A stretch of 64,000 nt of DNA from an uncultured Acidobacteriota bacterium (GTDB lineage Bacteria > Acidobacteriota > UBA6911): contig CAWJKZ010000025.1 of NCBI GenBank assembly GCA_963843575.1, forward strand, positions 192,001 through 256,000, written 5' to 3'. Positions 9,247-18,925 of this stretch are shown here, piece after piece (position 1 is the first letter of the stretch; each line of letters starts with the position of its first letter). The position numbers were made by a program, and so were the translations under genes. Under the pieces are notes generated by a model. The model saw only the letters and a program-made list of their open reading frames with translations. It was not told the origin of the DNA and did no database searches.

Positions 9247-9705
9247 ATGGAGACGCAGTGCGTGACAGTTTTCGATCGCATCCAGCGATTGCGCCCGGGA
9301 GACATCCCATCCCTTCTGCGAATCACGACCATTCTGTTGGCGCTGCCCTTCCTCTTGCGACGACTGCCGTTGAACAGGCTTTTGCACCTTCTTGATGCTA
9401 AACCGCTCCAAGCAGCCGATTCTCACTTATCTGTCGAACGGCACATCTCCCTGGCTCGCGGGCTACTCCACTTAAACATCGGACCGTTTCGACCCAACTG
9501 CCTGACGCAATCGCTTATATTGTTCCACCTCCTGCGTCGGTTGGGTCTTCCTGTACGCATTCATTTCGGGTTGGCAAGGCGGCAAACCAGACTCCAGGGA
9601 CACTGCTGGTTGGAATCCGATGGAAAACTCATCGCCGAAAAGGCGGATCCGGCGCGCTTCTACCGGAGTGTATACACGTTTCCGGATCGTTCTCTGGTGC
9701 AATAG
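9247..9705 (+). CDS. Lasso-peptide-type B2 leader peptidase (transglutaminase-like cysteine protease)
   Basis: PNCLTQSL (catalytic Cys), LRRLGLPVRIHFG, GHCWLESDG (His/Glu region) as in Transglut_core3/B2 proteins. Confidence 0.88.
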   Translation: METQCVTVFDRIQRLRPGDIPSLLRITTILLALPFLLRRLPLNRLLHLLDAKPLQAADSHLSVERHISLARGLLHLNIGPFRPNCLTQSLILFHLLRRLGLPVRIHFGLARRQTRLQGHCWLESDGKLIAEKADPARFYRSVYTFPDRSLVQ

Positions 9706-9734
9706 ATCCGGTGCAATAGAAAGGAACACCCGTG

Positions 9735-9908
9735 ATGGCCGAATCAAACACCCCACATGACAGCGACCTTGCCCGCAATCTCGCAAGAGAGCGACAGGAT
9801 GCAGCTCCACGGAAATCGGACAGGAAGTCGTTTGTGAAACCTGAATTGACGAAACACGAATCTCTCCCTGAGGTGACCACGGCATTCTTCGCGACCTTCC
9901 AACCTTGA
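9735..9908 (+). CDS. Putative RiPP precursor peptide, 57 aa (not in ORF track)
   Basis: AAGGAA RBS at 9721-9726; MAESNTPHDSDLARNLARERQDAAPRKSDRKSFVKPELTKHESLPEVTT|AFFATFQP*; F/P/L/T at -17/-14/-12/-2; stop overlaps the next start. Confidence 0.85.
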   Translation: MAESNTPHDSDLARNLARERQDAAPRKSDRKSFVKPELTKHESLPEVTTAFFATFQP

Positions 9909-10957
9909 GAGACTGCAAGGTGCCCGGAACGTCGATTCCGAACCGGCGAGTTGTGTCCCGTATTCCGCTCCCTTTGCCTTCGCACTCCGCGGGAAAGGAC
10001 TACCTGCTTCACGGCCTCTTGGTGCGTGTCGATTGCGACAACAAGCGCCTTGAACTGCAGGTCCATTCTACCCTCGAGCAGTTTGGGCTGGTGCCGTCCG
10101 ACCAATATGGAATGGTGCCTGACGTGTCCCTGACGCTCCGCACTGCGGCTGGCCGATTATGCGTTCCTGGCAAGAGTCGCCTTTTGGCCGAGCAGCATGG
10201 CATACGAATTTCGAGTGCCCGGAACGATGTCTATCTCGAGGATGGCGACAATGTCGCTCGCCTGAGTCCGCATTCGGCAAGCGGTATCGCCACGATTCGT
10301 GCGGGAGCGCCGAGAACGCGGGCGCTGCGGGGAGACCTGCTTCTCCACTGCCTCCTTCTTTTGCTGAGGTATCGGGATCTCTTTACGGTGCACGCTGCAT
10401 GTGTGGCCCGAGACGGAGCGGGATGCATGTTGGTGGCCGAGGGAGGTTGCGGCAAATCCACCCTCATGTTCGCCCTTGTCCGGCACGGCTGGAACTACCT
10501 CTCCGATGACGTCAACCTCCTTTGTCCGCGGGGTTGCGACGTGCAGGCTCTGCCGCTCAGGAGAGATCTGTCGCTGCACATCACGGCTGCTCGCAGATAC
10601 CCCGAAATAAACGATTGTCGCGACTCCATTTCCATGACTCCGGATTCGAAGCTTCGTCTGAATCTGCTAACGCTCTATCCCAACCAACTCGCTGCCGCTT
10701 GTCTTCCGCAACTACTGCTTTTCCCTCGGATCCTACGCGGGCCGACCAGTCGACTTGAACCGATGCCCAAGCCTGAGGCCTTGTGGCATCTGATCAAGCA
10801 GAGCGCTTTGCTTTTTGTGGAACCCACTATGGCGCCCAGACATGTCGATCTTCTCAGGCGGCTGGTAGGCCAATGCAAAAACTATTCCCTCGCAGCGGGG
10901 ACGGATCTCGAGAAAGACCCAGGCGCGATCTCCGGTTTGGTGGACGGCATCACCTAG
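9905..10957 (+). CDS. HPr kinase-related P-loop kinase (RiPP tailoring type)
   Basis: VHAACVARDGAGCMLVAEGGCGKSTL...GWNYLSDD: catalytic His, Walker A and DD motifs of the HprK C-terminal family. Confidence 0.85.
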   Translation: MRDCKVPGTSIPNRRVVSRIPLPLPSHSAGKDYLLHGLLVRVDCDNKRLELQVHSTLEQFGLVPSDQYGMVPDVSLTLRTAAGRLCVPGKSRLLAEQHGIRISSARNDVYLEDGDNVARLSPHSASGIATIRAGAPRTRALRGDLLLHCLLLLLRYRDLFTVHAACVARDGAGCMLVAEGGCGKSTLMFALVRHGWNYLSDDVNLLCPRGCDVQALPLRRDLSLHITAARRYPEINDCRDSISMTPDSKLRLNLLTLYPNQLAAACLPQLLLFPRILRGPTSRLEPMPKPEALWHLIKQSALLFVEPTMAPRHVDLLRRLVGQCKNYSLAAGTDLEKDPGAISGLVDGIT

Positions 10958-10971
10958 AGAATTCTCGAAGC

Positions 10972-11982
10972 ATGACAGCAAAGCCGGGTATGAGATTAAA
11001 CTTCGAGCTAACCAATCTCTGCAATCTGCGGTGCATACATTGTCTTAGAGAAAGAGGGGCCCCTGGCGAGTACCTCTCTGTCTGCCTGGTCGAAAAGGTC
11101 CTTGCCGAGATGCAGTCGTACAGCAGTTTCGAGTTGGTCAGCTTTGGAGGAGGCGAGCCGACCCTGCATCCCGGGCTCGATACGATCATAGGACTCGTGA
11201 CCCGCCATGGGTATCGGTTCGCTTTTGTGACCAACGGCTGGCAATTTCAAGAGACATTCCGGATTCTGAGACCCTATCTCGGATTCCTGGAGGGAATCTC
11301 GTTCAGCCTCGACGGCGCCAACGAGGCCAGTCACGATGCCCTGCGGCTTCGGCCCGGCTCCTTTCGCCAGGTGATTCAGGCCATTGTTTTGTCTCGTTCA
11401 CAAAAAATCGCCTCTCACATAAACATGGTCGTCACCAAAGCAAATCGCACAGAGCTGGAAGACATGGCCTCACTGGCAAGCCATCTGGGTTGTTGCATCC
11501 TGGATTTCGCGCACTGCCAGCCGACGCCGGATGCCGTCGCCGCCGGGTTGGTCCTGAACTCCGAAGAGCGTCAGCAGGTGGAAGCAGATATTGCCGAGTT
11601 GCAGCGGATCTACAGGATGAAAATCCGCCTTGCGGGAGATCATCATAGCCCTTTGCGGTTCTATCAATGCCCGCAGTTGCGCATGGAGGAACTCAATGTC
11701 GACTACCGCGGCCGGCTGACCTTGTGCTGCATGCTCTCCAACTACCGGGGAGGCACTCCCGATACGGACGTGATCGCCGATCTGAACGAGGTGTCCCTCG
11801 CAAAAGCACACCTGCGCCTCATTTCCACGATTGCGGAGCTCCAACGCGAAAAGGTCACACTTCTGAACCGAAAGCCGGCAACGAAAGAGGATTCCTTCAT
11901 TTGCACGCACTGCCTCATTCACTTCAAAAAGGTGCCCGATATCCGGCGGATCCTGGAGCCGTCCCGAGGTGTGGGCACTTAG
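10972..11982 (+). CDS. Radical SAM enzyme with C-terminal Twitch/SPASM-like cysteines
   Basis: ELTNLCNLRCIHC (CxxxCxxC), GGGEPTLHP, VTNG, SLDG..HD; C-terminal QCP..NVDYRGRLTLCC..CTHC. Confidence 0.92.
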   Translation: MTAKPGMRLNFELTNLCNLRCIHCLRERGAPGEYLSVCLVEKVLAEMQSYSSFELVSFGGGEPTLHPGLDTIIGLVTRHGYRFAFVTNGWQFQETFRILRPYLGFLEGISFSLDGANEASHDALRLRPGSFRQVIQAIVLSRSQKIASHINMVVTKANRTELEDMASLASHLGCCILDFAHCQPTPDAVAAGLVLNSEERQQVEADIAELQRIYRMKIRLAGDHHSPLRFYQCPQLRMEELNVDYRGRLTLCCMLSNYRGGTPDTDVIADLNEVSLAKAHLRLISTIAELQREKVTLLNRKPATKEDSFICTHCLIHFKKVPDIRRILEPSRGVGT

Positions 11983-11996
11983 TCTCTGGAGGTCTT

Positions 11997-12284
11997 ATGT
12001 CGGCTTCCGAGCAGCAATTCCGCTGCCATCCAAGCGTCGTCTTCACCCGTCTGAGCGAAAACGAGGCGGTCCTGCTGCATCTGGACACGAAAAGGTACTA
12101 CTCCCTTAATGAAACCGGGGCGCGCCTTTGGGAACTCCTCCAGGATGGAAGGGTCCCGGATACTCTCTGCGAAAAAATCCTCGAGGAATATGACATCGAC
12201 GACAACAAGGCCCGCGGCTTCATCCGGGAGTTTCTGGATGAGTTGCGCAGGGAAGGCCTTGTGGAATCCGGTGGTGGCCACTGA
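11997..12284 (+). CDS. PqqD-family RiPP recognition element (RRE, B1-like)
   Basis: GGAGG RBS; EAVLLHLDTKRYYSLNETGARLWELLQ...EEYDID...FLDELRREGLV. Confidence 0.92.
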   Translation: MSASEQQFRCHPSVVFTRLSENEAVLLHLDTKRYYSLNETGARLWELLQDGRVPDTLCEKILEEYDIDDNKARGFIREFLDELRREGLVESGGGH

Positions 12285-12290
12285 GGAATT

Positions 12291-13670
12291 ATGGTTCCTG
12301 CCAGGAGCAGTCTGCCCGTGAATAAGAAAACGGCCGATTCGAATTCGGCTTCGGGAGTTCCGTCTCCAGATGCATCGCTGCCTCGACTGAAAACCGGGCG
12401 ACTCTGCCCCGCCGATCAAATGCATGTGATTGAGATGCCTGCCGATTTCTTACGCAGCCCGGTGCTCCCGGAAACAAAACTGCTGCTAGAATGTGCCTCC
12501 CTCGAAATAGCGGACGAAAGGGCACGGCGAATACGGAGCATCGTCGGCGGGAACCTGGATTGGACGGCTCTTATCGAGCGAGCACTCCGGCATGGCGTCA
12601 TGCCGCTCCTGTATCGCAACCTTCTGCTCGTTTGTCCGGATGCTGTTCCCGCGTCACACCTCGAACATCTTCGGGATGTGTTTTCACGTCAATTCGCGGC
12701 GCTGCCTGCTTTTCGCGGGGCGGCTGGTCGAGATCCTGCGACTGTTGGAGGCCAACAATATAACTGCAATACCGTACAAGGGCCCCGTGCTGGCCGCATC
12801 AGTGTATGACAACCTTGTACTTCGGCAGGCCGGCGACCTGGATATCCTGGTGCATTCTCGCGATGTGTCCAAAGCCAAAGCGTTGATCTCGTCCCTGGGA
12901 TTTTTCGGATCGGGACCGAATGACCTCGGACGTTGAGGCGATTCGTGCCCGATCGGACTATGAGTTCCGGCTGGTCAGCAAAGCGGACGACCTTTACGTC
13001 GGTCTTCACTGGAACGTCTGGCCGGCGTCTCAGCATTTCCCACTGGAGAGCCTGCACTTGTGGGAACGTGTTGTGCCTTTTCGGTTCGCGGGAGCGTTGG
13101 TCCCATGCCTCAGACGAGAGGACCTGCTCATTCTACTCTGTGCGCACGGAGTGAAGGACGTCTGGCCGAGGCTCATCTCCGTCTGCGATATTGCGGAGTT
13201 GATCCGGACATCCGAGCACCTGGACTGGAATTGCACTCTCCACCAAGCGGAGAGGCTTGGGCTCAGGCGGGTTCTTCTGCTTGGGCTGCATCTCGCTCAC
13301 GCGCTCCTGCAAACGTCTCTGCCCCAATCGATCTCTAGCGGGATCGAAAAGGACGATGCGCTTGCATCACTGGTCGAAGAAGGCACATCAGCGCCTGCTT
13401 TCAGGACCGCGAGCCCCGGAGCCCCTCGAAGGTTCCCTCTACTATCTGAGGTCACGTGAGCGGTTGCGAGACAGACTCAGGGGCTGTGCCGGTATAGTAC
13501 ACCAGTACAATTGGATGACTCCCCGGATTGTGGATCGGACGGTCCTGCCGCTGCCCGCCTCACTTGAGTTCATCTACACCCTGCTCTGGCCCATGCGCCT
13601 GGCAGGGAGATATATCCTCCGTCCAGTGAGACGTGCAATCAGGACTCTCAGGCAAGGCATCGGGTGGTAG
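12291..13670 (+). CDS. Nucleotidyltransferase family protein (NTP_transf_5), frameshifted in this assembly
   Basis: Consecutive frames give LDWTALIERALRHGVMPLLY / IPYKGPVLAASVYDNLVLRQAGDLDILVH / VGLHW..EDLLILLCAHG..W.RL..VCDIAELI / RERLRDRLR..LYTLLWPMRL. Confidence 0.82.
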
Positions 13671-13751
13671 GGGCACACGCACAGTGATGTGGGTTTCCAC
13701 TGCCTGTAACTGCTGCAATGCCCGTTTTCTTGGGCCAGGGACAAGAGTTGG

Positions 13752-16239
13752 TCAGTTACCTCCTGCACTTACGGTCCCCCAGATATCCACAGAGAAGCTG
13801 AACCGGTTCCGGTTAGCCAGGCCGATCCTGAATCGGACGGTGGCTGATTCATTCGGCAGAAGCGTGTCGTCAGTTCCGGCATCAATCGCCTGCTTGCTAC
13901 CCACCGCTCCGTTGCCTTCGTGAGCGCTGAGAAGTTTGTTCCCGTTGGTCAGCGTCGCCACAACCGCCTTGATCGGTTCCCAGATATTCTGCTGGCTCTT
14001 GTTGGTTAAACGGGCAGTGATCGTATAGACACCAGCAGGACCGCCGTAAACAGGAGTGGTACTCAAGGAGGAGCTTTGGACCACGAAGTTCACCTTGTCA
14101 TTGATGAGCTGCAGTTGCGGCAAACCGGACAGATTCGTGTCTAGTTTGACAATAAAGCCCTCATTCTGTTCCCTGGTGCTATCTGCCGACCCTGCCCCTG
14201 CCAATCTGGGAATGTCAGGGCCTGTAAAACCTGCCAAATAGAGGTCCCCAACACTATCAAGAGCCACAGCACTGACGTATATACCTTGTCCCAGCAGCAA
14301 TGCTGATGCGAGGTTAACGCTAAGATCTGAATTCAGCTTCGCCACACAGACTCCGTCATTTGTGGTACCACCCACGTAAACACCCGTGCTTCCAATGGCA
14401 AGAGACTCATCAGTACAGCCACGAGTCCCCCCCGAAAAACTGGCAGCCACAATTGAACTCAGATCTGAACTCAACTTTGCCACAAAGCCTCCGAAGTCTG
14501 CAGCAACAGTGCTCTCGGCGGAGCCGGGACCTACGCCTGGAAAATCCGATGATCCCGTGCGACCGGATACATAGACAATTCCTGCGTCATCTAGGGCGAG
14601 GGCATATATCTGATCGATGTTGCCACTTCCACCAAGAAACGTAGCTGCCAGAATGGAACTCAGAACCGAATTCAGCTTCACCACAAACCCTTCGGAACCA
14701 GATGCGGTGCTATCGGCGGACCCTGAACTTATACCTGGAAAGTCGCCTGAGACTGTGGTACCAGCCGCATAGACTGATCCACTGCCATCTAAGGCGAGGG
14801 CTGTAACGGTCTCGAAATACCGTCCTCCTAGGAAAGTTGCCGCCACAATGGAACTCAAATCCGAATTCAGCTTGGCCACGAAGCTCTCCCCTCCACTATC
14901 ATAAGGTTCGGGGACTCAAAAGTGCGATCGGCCGAGCCTAGACCTATTCCAGGAAAATCGGCTGATCCTGTAGAACCGCCCACATAGACATTCCCTGTAC
15001 TGTCAAGGGCGAGGGCCTCAGGCGCATCTACACCACTTCCTCCAAGGAAGGTAGCTGCCAGGATTGAGCTCAGCTCTGAGTTCAGCTTTGCAACAAAACC
15101 TTCTGATCTATACGTTTTGGGTAGCCGGTATGTTTAGCAAGTATGCGATCGGCTGAACTTGGACCAATGCCTGGAAAATCCGCTGAGGAAGTAGTACCGA
15201 CTGCGTAGACATTCCCAGCACCATCAAGCGCGAGGGCATTCAATGATTCATAATTGCTTCCCCCAATGTAGGTAGCAGCCAAAATGGTGCTTAGATCTGA
15301 ATTCAGCTTCGCGACAAAACCATCTCCTCCAGCAAGTGTGAGATCTGCCGACTCCGAATCTATACCGGGAAAATTGGGGGAGCCTGTGTCACCTGCCACA
15401 TAGACATTCCCCATGTTGTCCAAGACAAGGGCATGAAGTTCATCATTATTAATTCCCCCCAGGTAGGTCGCCGCTAGTATCGGGTCGATGACAAGCTCCC
15501 GGGTCTGGTCGTACTCCCCGACCTTAAAGCTGTATCCATTGCCTCGTAGCTGATAGGCAACTTCGACTGGCTCTCTCTTTCCTCCCTGCTCCTGAGACGC
15601 TAACGGCTTTGAGAACCTCACCGTCCCTTGGTCTGTCTCTACCTCCAGTTCTCCGCTCTCGTTGACCTTAATTCCCTTCCCCCCGCTGAGCTTCATCTGG
15701 ATCGTCTCTGGCTCGGCCCCCGGCTTTACATAAAACAGCTTCTCCACATTGTTCCCATAGGCTTTGAATTTGACGTCGATCCCTTGATAGACTTCTCCCA
15801 GACTCACCCGGTCGTAGCTGGGCAGGTTGCTCTGCCATTTCGATCGGTCATTCCCCCTGAAATAGCTCACCCGGGTCGCTGTCCGGCTTTCGCCTTTAAC
15901 CTCCCTCACCTTCGCGCCGATGAGCTCCTCTCTCAGCACCACCCCCTTCGCTGGTTTCTCTCCCTCCAGCTTTGGAAGGGAGTACACCAGTTCGCCTTTC
16001 TTTGTAACCGAGACTGTTCCGGCAAACGTCCGGGCGGTGAACTTCACCTCTTTACTGCTCTGGCCCCGATTGGGGATAAAGGGAATCTGGACCTTGGCCA
16101 GCTTCTGTTTCGCCTCAGCTCCCACGGCATTCGAAGAGCTATTCGAGCTAGCCTCTGCCAGTTGCGCTATCCCCAGCGCCAGCGACAACCAGACCATGAT
16201 CTGCACCGAAAAAGTGGTGTGACAATTCCAGGTTTTCAT
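13752..16239 (-). CDS. Secreted SBBP-repeat (beta-propeller) surface protein, frameshifted near 14880-15110
   Basis: Signal peptide; FIPNRGQ..VSYFRGND.SKW..LGEVYQGID..LVIDP N-terminal domain; many ATYLGG..D....LALD..GNVYVAG.T.S..FPG..GFVAKLNSDLS repeats. Confidence 0.85.
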
Positions 16240-16880
16240 ACGTCCTCCCGACGATGAGAGATATCCGTGAACCCGGTTGCGAACACGGCTCGAACCGGCG
16301 TGTTCAGAAATAAGCGTTTGTCTTTGCCTCGTTCTGCTTCGGGGGCAGGAGGAGATGTTGAATCGGGAGCCTTCTTTGGCTTCGTGTCCTTGTCGGATCC
16401 TTCGGAGTTCCCGGTAGGATCGAAAATGAACTCGAACGGATCTGGACTCGGAGCCGGCGGCGACGGGTGTCTATTGTCAGACTTCTCCCTCTTGGGAGAC
16501 ACGACGACCCGGGTGATGGTCGAGAGGGATGCGTTGGAATGGTAGAAAATGGCTACGTTTGCCAGCCTTGCCATCGCTTCGGCAAGGGGTACGTGGTTAA
16601 ACTGAATCGTTATCCTGTCATCGAAGGCTTCGGGGATTTCCATTAGGATCCCGGTCTGCTTGCCGATTTCACAAAAAATATGTGCAATCCGCGCATCTTT
16701 GACTTCGATAGAAACTTCCTGATCTTGGACTTCAACTCGAAAGGTGGCGGCGTCGGGGTGAGCGCATTTTTGTATATCGACAAGGGAACGTGCTGTATTG
16801 GGTGCGATGAAAAGCGAGCAGAGGAAAACGAATGTGGCGGGTATCTGCCACACATGATTGGATATCTTCACCATGACCAC
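16236..16880 (-). CDS. Secreted hypothetical protein with a secretin N-terminal (STN/N0)-like segment and Pro-rich tail
   Basis: VSIEVKDARIAHIFCEIGKQTGILMEIPEAFDDRITIQFNHVPLAEAMARL; stop overlaps the SBBP start. Confidence 0.6.
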   Translation of the reverse strand: MVMVKISNHVWQIPATFVFLCSLFIAPNTARSLVDIQKCAHPDAATFRVEVQDQEVSIEVKDARIAHIFCEIGKQTGILMEIPEAFDDRITIQFNHVPLAEAMARLANVAIFYHSNASLSTITRVVVSPKREKSDNRHPSPPAPSPDPFEFIFDPTGNSEGSDKDTKPKKAPDSTSPPAPEAERGKDKRLFLNTPVRAVFATGFTDISHRREDV

Positions 16881-17328
16881 AATCTCCTTCGCTTCCGGCC
16901 ACGGGCGTGAGACAGTGCTGGGGAAGGTCTACTGTGGAATATCCAGGGGTGGTTTATCGTTCAGATAAATGCGGGTTCAGGATCTGCATGTTTGGAGGCA
17001 GGAAAGAGCCTGGAAACACCGGTCGGGAATCGAGGGAGTAAGCGAAAAACAAGATCAAACCAGCCCGGAAGCCCACATCAAACTCCTTTTAGCTGATGCC
17101 AAGCTGCTTGAACGTGTTTGAAAATCCGGAGCCAATACGTTTGCCATTAAGCACACGCGGCGCACTGATGTCAACTGTCAATATTCTCGGCCAGGATTTA
17201 CGCCGGGGAGATGCATCGCCGATACACCGACTCGATGAATTGAATCACGAATTGAGACACCGGCCAGTGTCTCACCCGAGCGGCTCTCCGCCAACGGCGA
17301 GTCATACAGTGAAAGCCGGTGACATACG

Positions 17329-17559
17329 TTGTTCGATATCCTACTCCTGATCCTCGCCGGCCGGATCAATCGCAGACATCAGGACGCAATCGAATACTTC
17401 CGAACGGTGAATGAGGTACTCGGAGAGAAGCTCGTGAAGAAACGAATCCTGCTTAACGACCACGATCGGCGGCGCATTGCCGTCAAGGGCAAGATCCAAG
17501 GGCTGAAGAGGGCCGAGAGGCTGGCGCCTGTGCCGGCACAATTCTTGCGCGAGCCCTAA
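17329..17559 (+). pseudogene. N-terminal remnant of an integrase-core-domain transposase
   Basis: LLILAGRINRRHQDAIEYFRTVNEVLGEKLVKKRILLNDHDRRRIAVKGK resembles the N-terminus of such proteins; truncated. Confidence 0.6.
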
Positions 17560-17623
17560 GCAGCCTAAAGGAAAGGACCTGTGCGGTCGTTTTGGCTTTT
17601 GAAGCGGATGGCCAGAATTTGCG

Positions 17624-17836
17624 TCAGGCGGCCGGCTCGTAATGCAGGAGCAGTAATTGCTCTTCCCGCAAGGCCAGGATGGCAAAAGAGCGGCCGTCGT
17701 TGTCGGTGAACTCGATTTCGAACACACCGGGAGCCAGGAGCTCCACGACCGTTCCCACCTGCCCGCGGCGGAGCTTGCGGTCCGGCAGATCTTCGGTCAA
17801 AGCCACAACGTCGAGAAGGTTGATTCCGTTGCTCAT
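17624..17836 (-). CDS. DUF4926 family protein
   Basis: LLDVVALTEDLPDRKLRRGQVGTVVELLAPGVFEIEFTDNDGRSFA...LLLLHY. Confidence 0.85.
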   Translation of the reverse strand: MSNGINLLDVVALTEDLPDRKLRRGQVGTVVELLAPGVFEIEFTDNDGRSFAILALREEQLLLLHYEPAA

Positions 17837-17904
17837 TCTCTTGCCTCTATAGCACGTAGCAGCTTGTCAAGCGCGGAAAATCTTCGCCCCGACGAATGAT
17901 CCCC

Positions 17905-18925
17905 GGTACAATCCGCGAAGTGAATCGACAATCGTCTCGATTGACGAAGGCACATGGCGTTCAGGCCGCACTGGCAGCACCCCGCGGCTTGAAACCACGG
18001 GGTACAGGCAGCGGCGCTGGAGGAAGGATAGAGGCTCAGGGGGGGAAAGCCGAGCTCGCTCGGCAGCAGCGAAAGCATATGCTGCTATGCATAATGATGC
18101 CGTGATGGTGAAACCCTCTCCAGCCTCGACCTTCGTAATGATCCAATCCAAACGATCGCTTCAGCTCCTCGTAATCGCGCTCGATCCGCCACGGAGCTTG
18201 GCGAATCGAATCAGCTGATCAACAGGCGTATCGGGCGGCATGGTCGACAGCCAGAACTTCGTAGGTTCCGCTTCGCCGCGCGGCCACTCGGCAATCAAGC
18301 CACTCGACCTCCGCGAGGCTCGTGCAGATCGTTGATCCCGATGGGCAGGGCGAACTCGCAAGCACGCAAATCGAGACGTCATCGAGCCGCGTGTTCCTTC
18401 TCGCCAAGAAACGTCCTGCCACAATTCCTCAGGAGCGTATTTGGCCAGCTCCATGATCGGCGCGGGCTGATGCTTGCCGTGCTGCGTCGGACTTTGCGAT
18501 GGCGGACGTCCTTGTTTAGATCTCGCTTTCGGCGGCAACGGTTCCATACCCGGCGGCCAAACCGTTGTTTCGCTTGCTAACGCCGACGACGTAGGGAATC
18601 TCGCGCAGAGTAAGACGCATCGCGAAACTCAGTTACAACGCCGTATCCCGCATCAGCCAGAATCGGCGGCTGTGGCACTCCTTCGGCAAGCAAGCCATCA
18701 ATCATGTCCAGCGCAATTTGCCATTTGGTCTGGAATGTAACATCAACAGGCACGCCTGCCATCAGCGCGTCGCTCCTCGTCGTTGGCCCAGCTTTCGGGA
18801 AGATAAAGCGATATGCTGCTGGGACGCTCACGGCTTCGTTAGCCAACGTAACGCTGACGGCGATTTGGCAGTTGTCCTGTTTGCCCAATACGCCGCAGTA
18901 TTGACGCGTAACTCCTACAGAATGC
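17905..18925 (-). mobile_element. IS701-family transposase, internal fragment with frameshifts
   Basis: SVGVTRQYCGVLGKQDNCQIAVS, LADAGYG, VSWREGTRG..SRFA.LRVRPA, AEWP.GE.EPTKFWLS, IERDYEELK..GLDHYEGRGWRGFHHH. Confidence 0.88.

Noticed and set aside
9696-9720. 11-bp direct repeat GGTGCAATAGA between B2 and the precursor
   Set aside because: The repeat is real but short; it could be a local duplication of the B2 stop region, and there is no evidence for an operator or att site.
10972-12284. PQQ biosynthesis (pqqD/pqqE) serving the PQQ dehydrogenase at 37225-39327
   Set aside because: No pqqB or pqqC, the peptide lacks the PqqA ExxxY motif, and the rSAM lacks the full PqqE SPASM cysteine set.
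9247-13670. Canonical lasso peptide cluster
   Set aside because: No asparagine-synthetase-like cyclase in the operon, and the predicted core is 8 aa with no Asp/Glu acceptor.
17130-17146. Sigma-54 promoter on the minus strand (TGGCAAACGTATTGGC) upstream of the STN/SBBP genes
   Set aside because: The -24 element fits but the -12 element reads TTGG instead of TTGC; not supportable.
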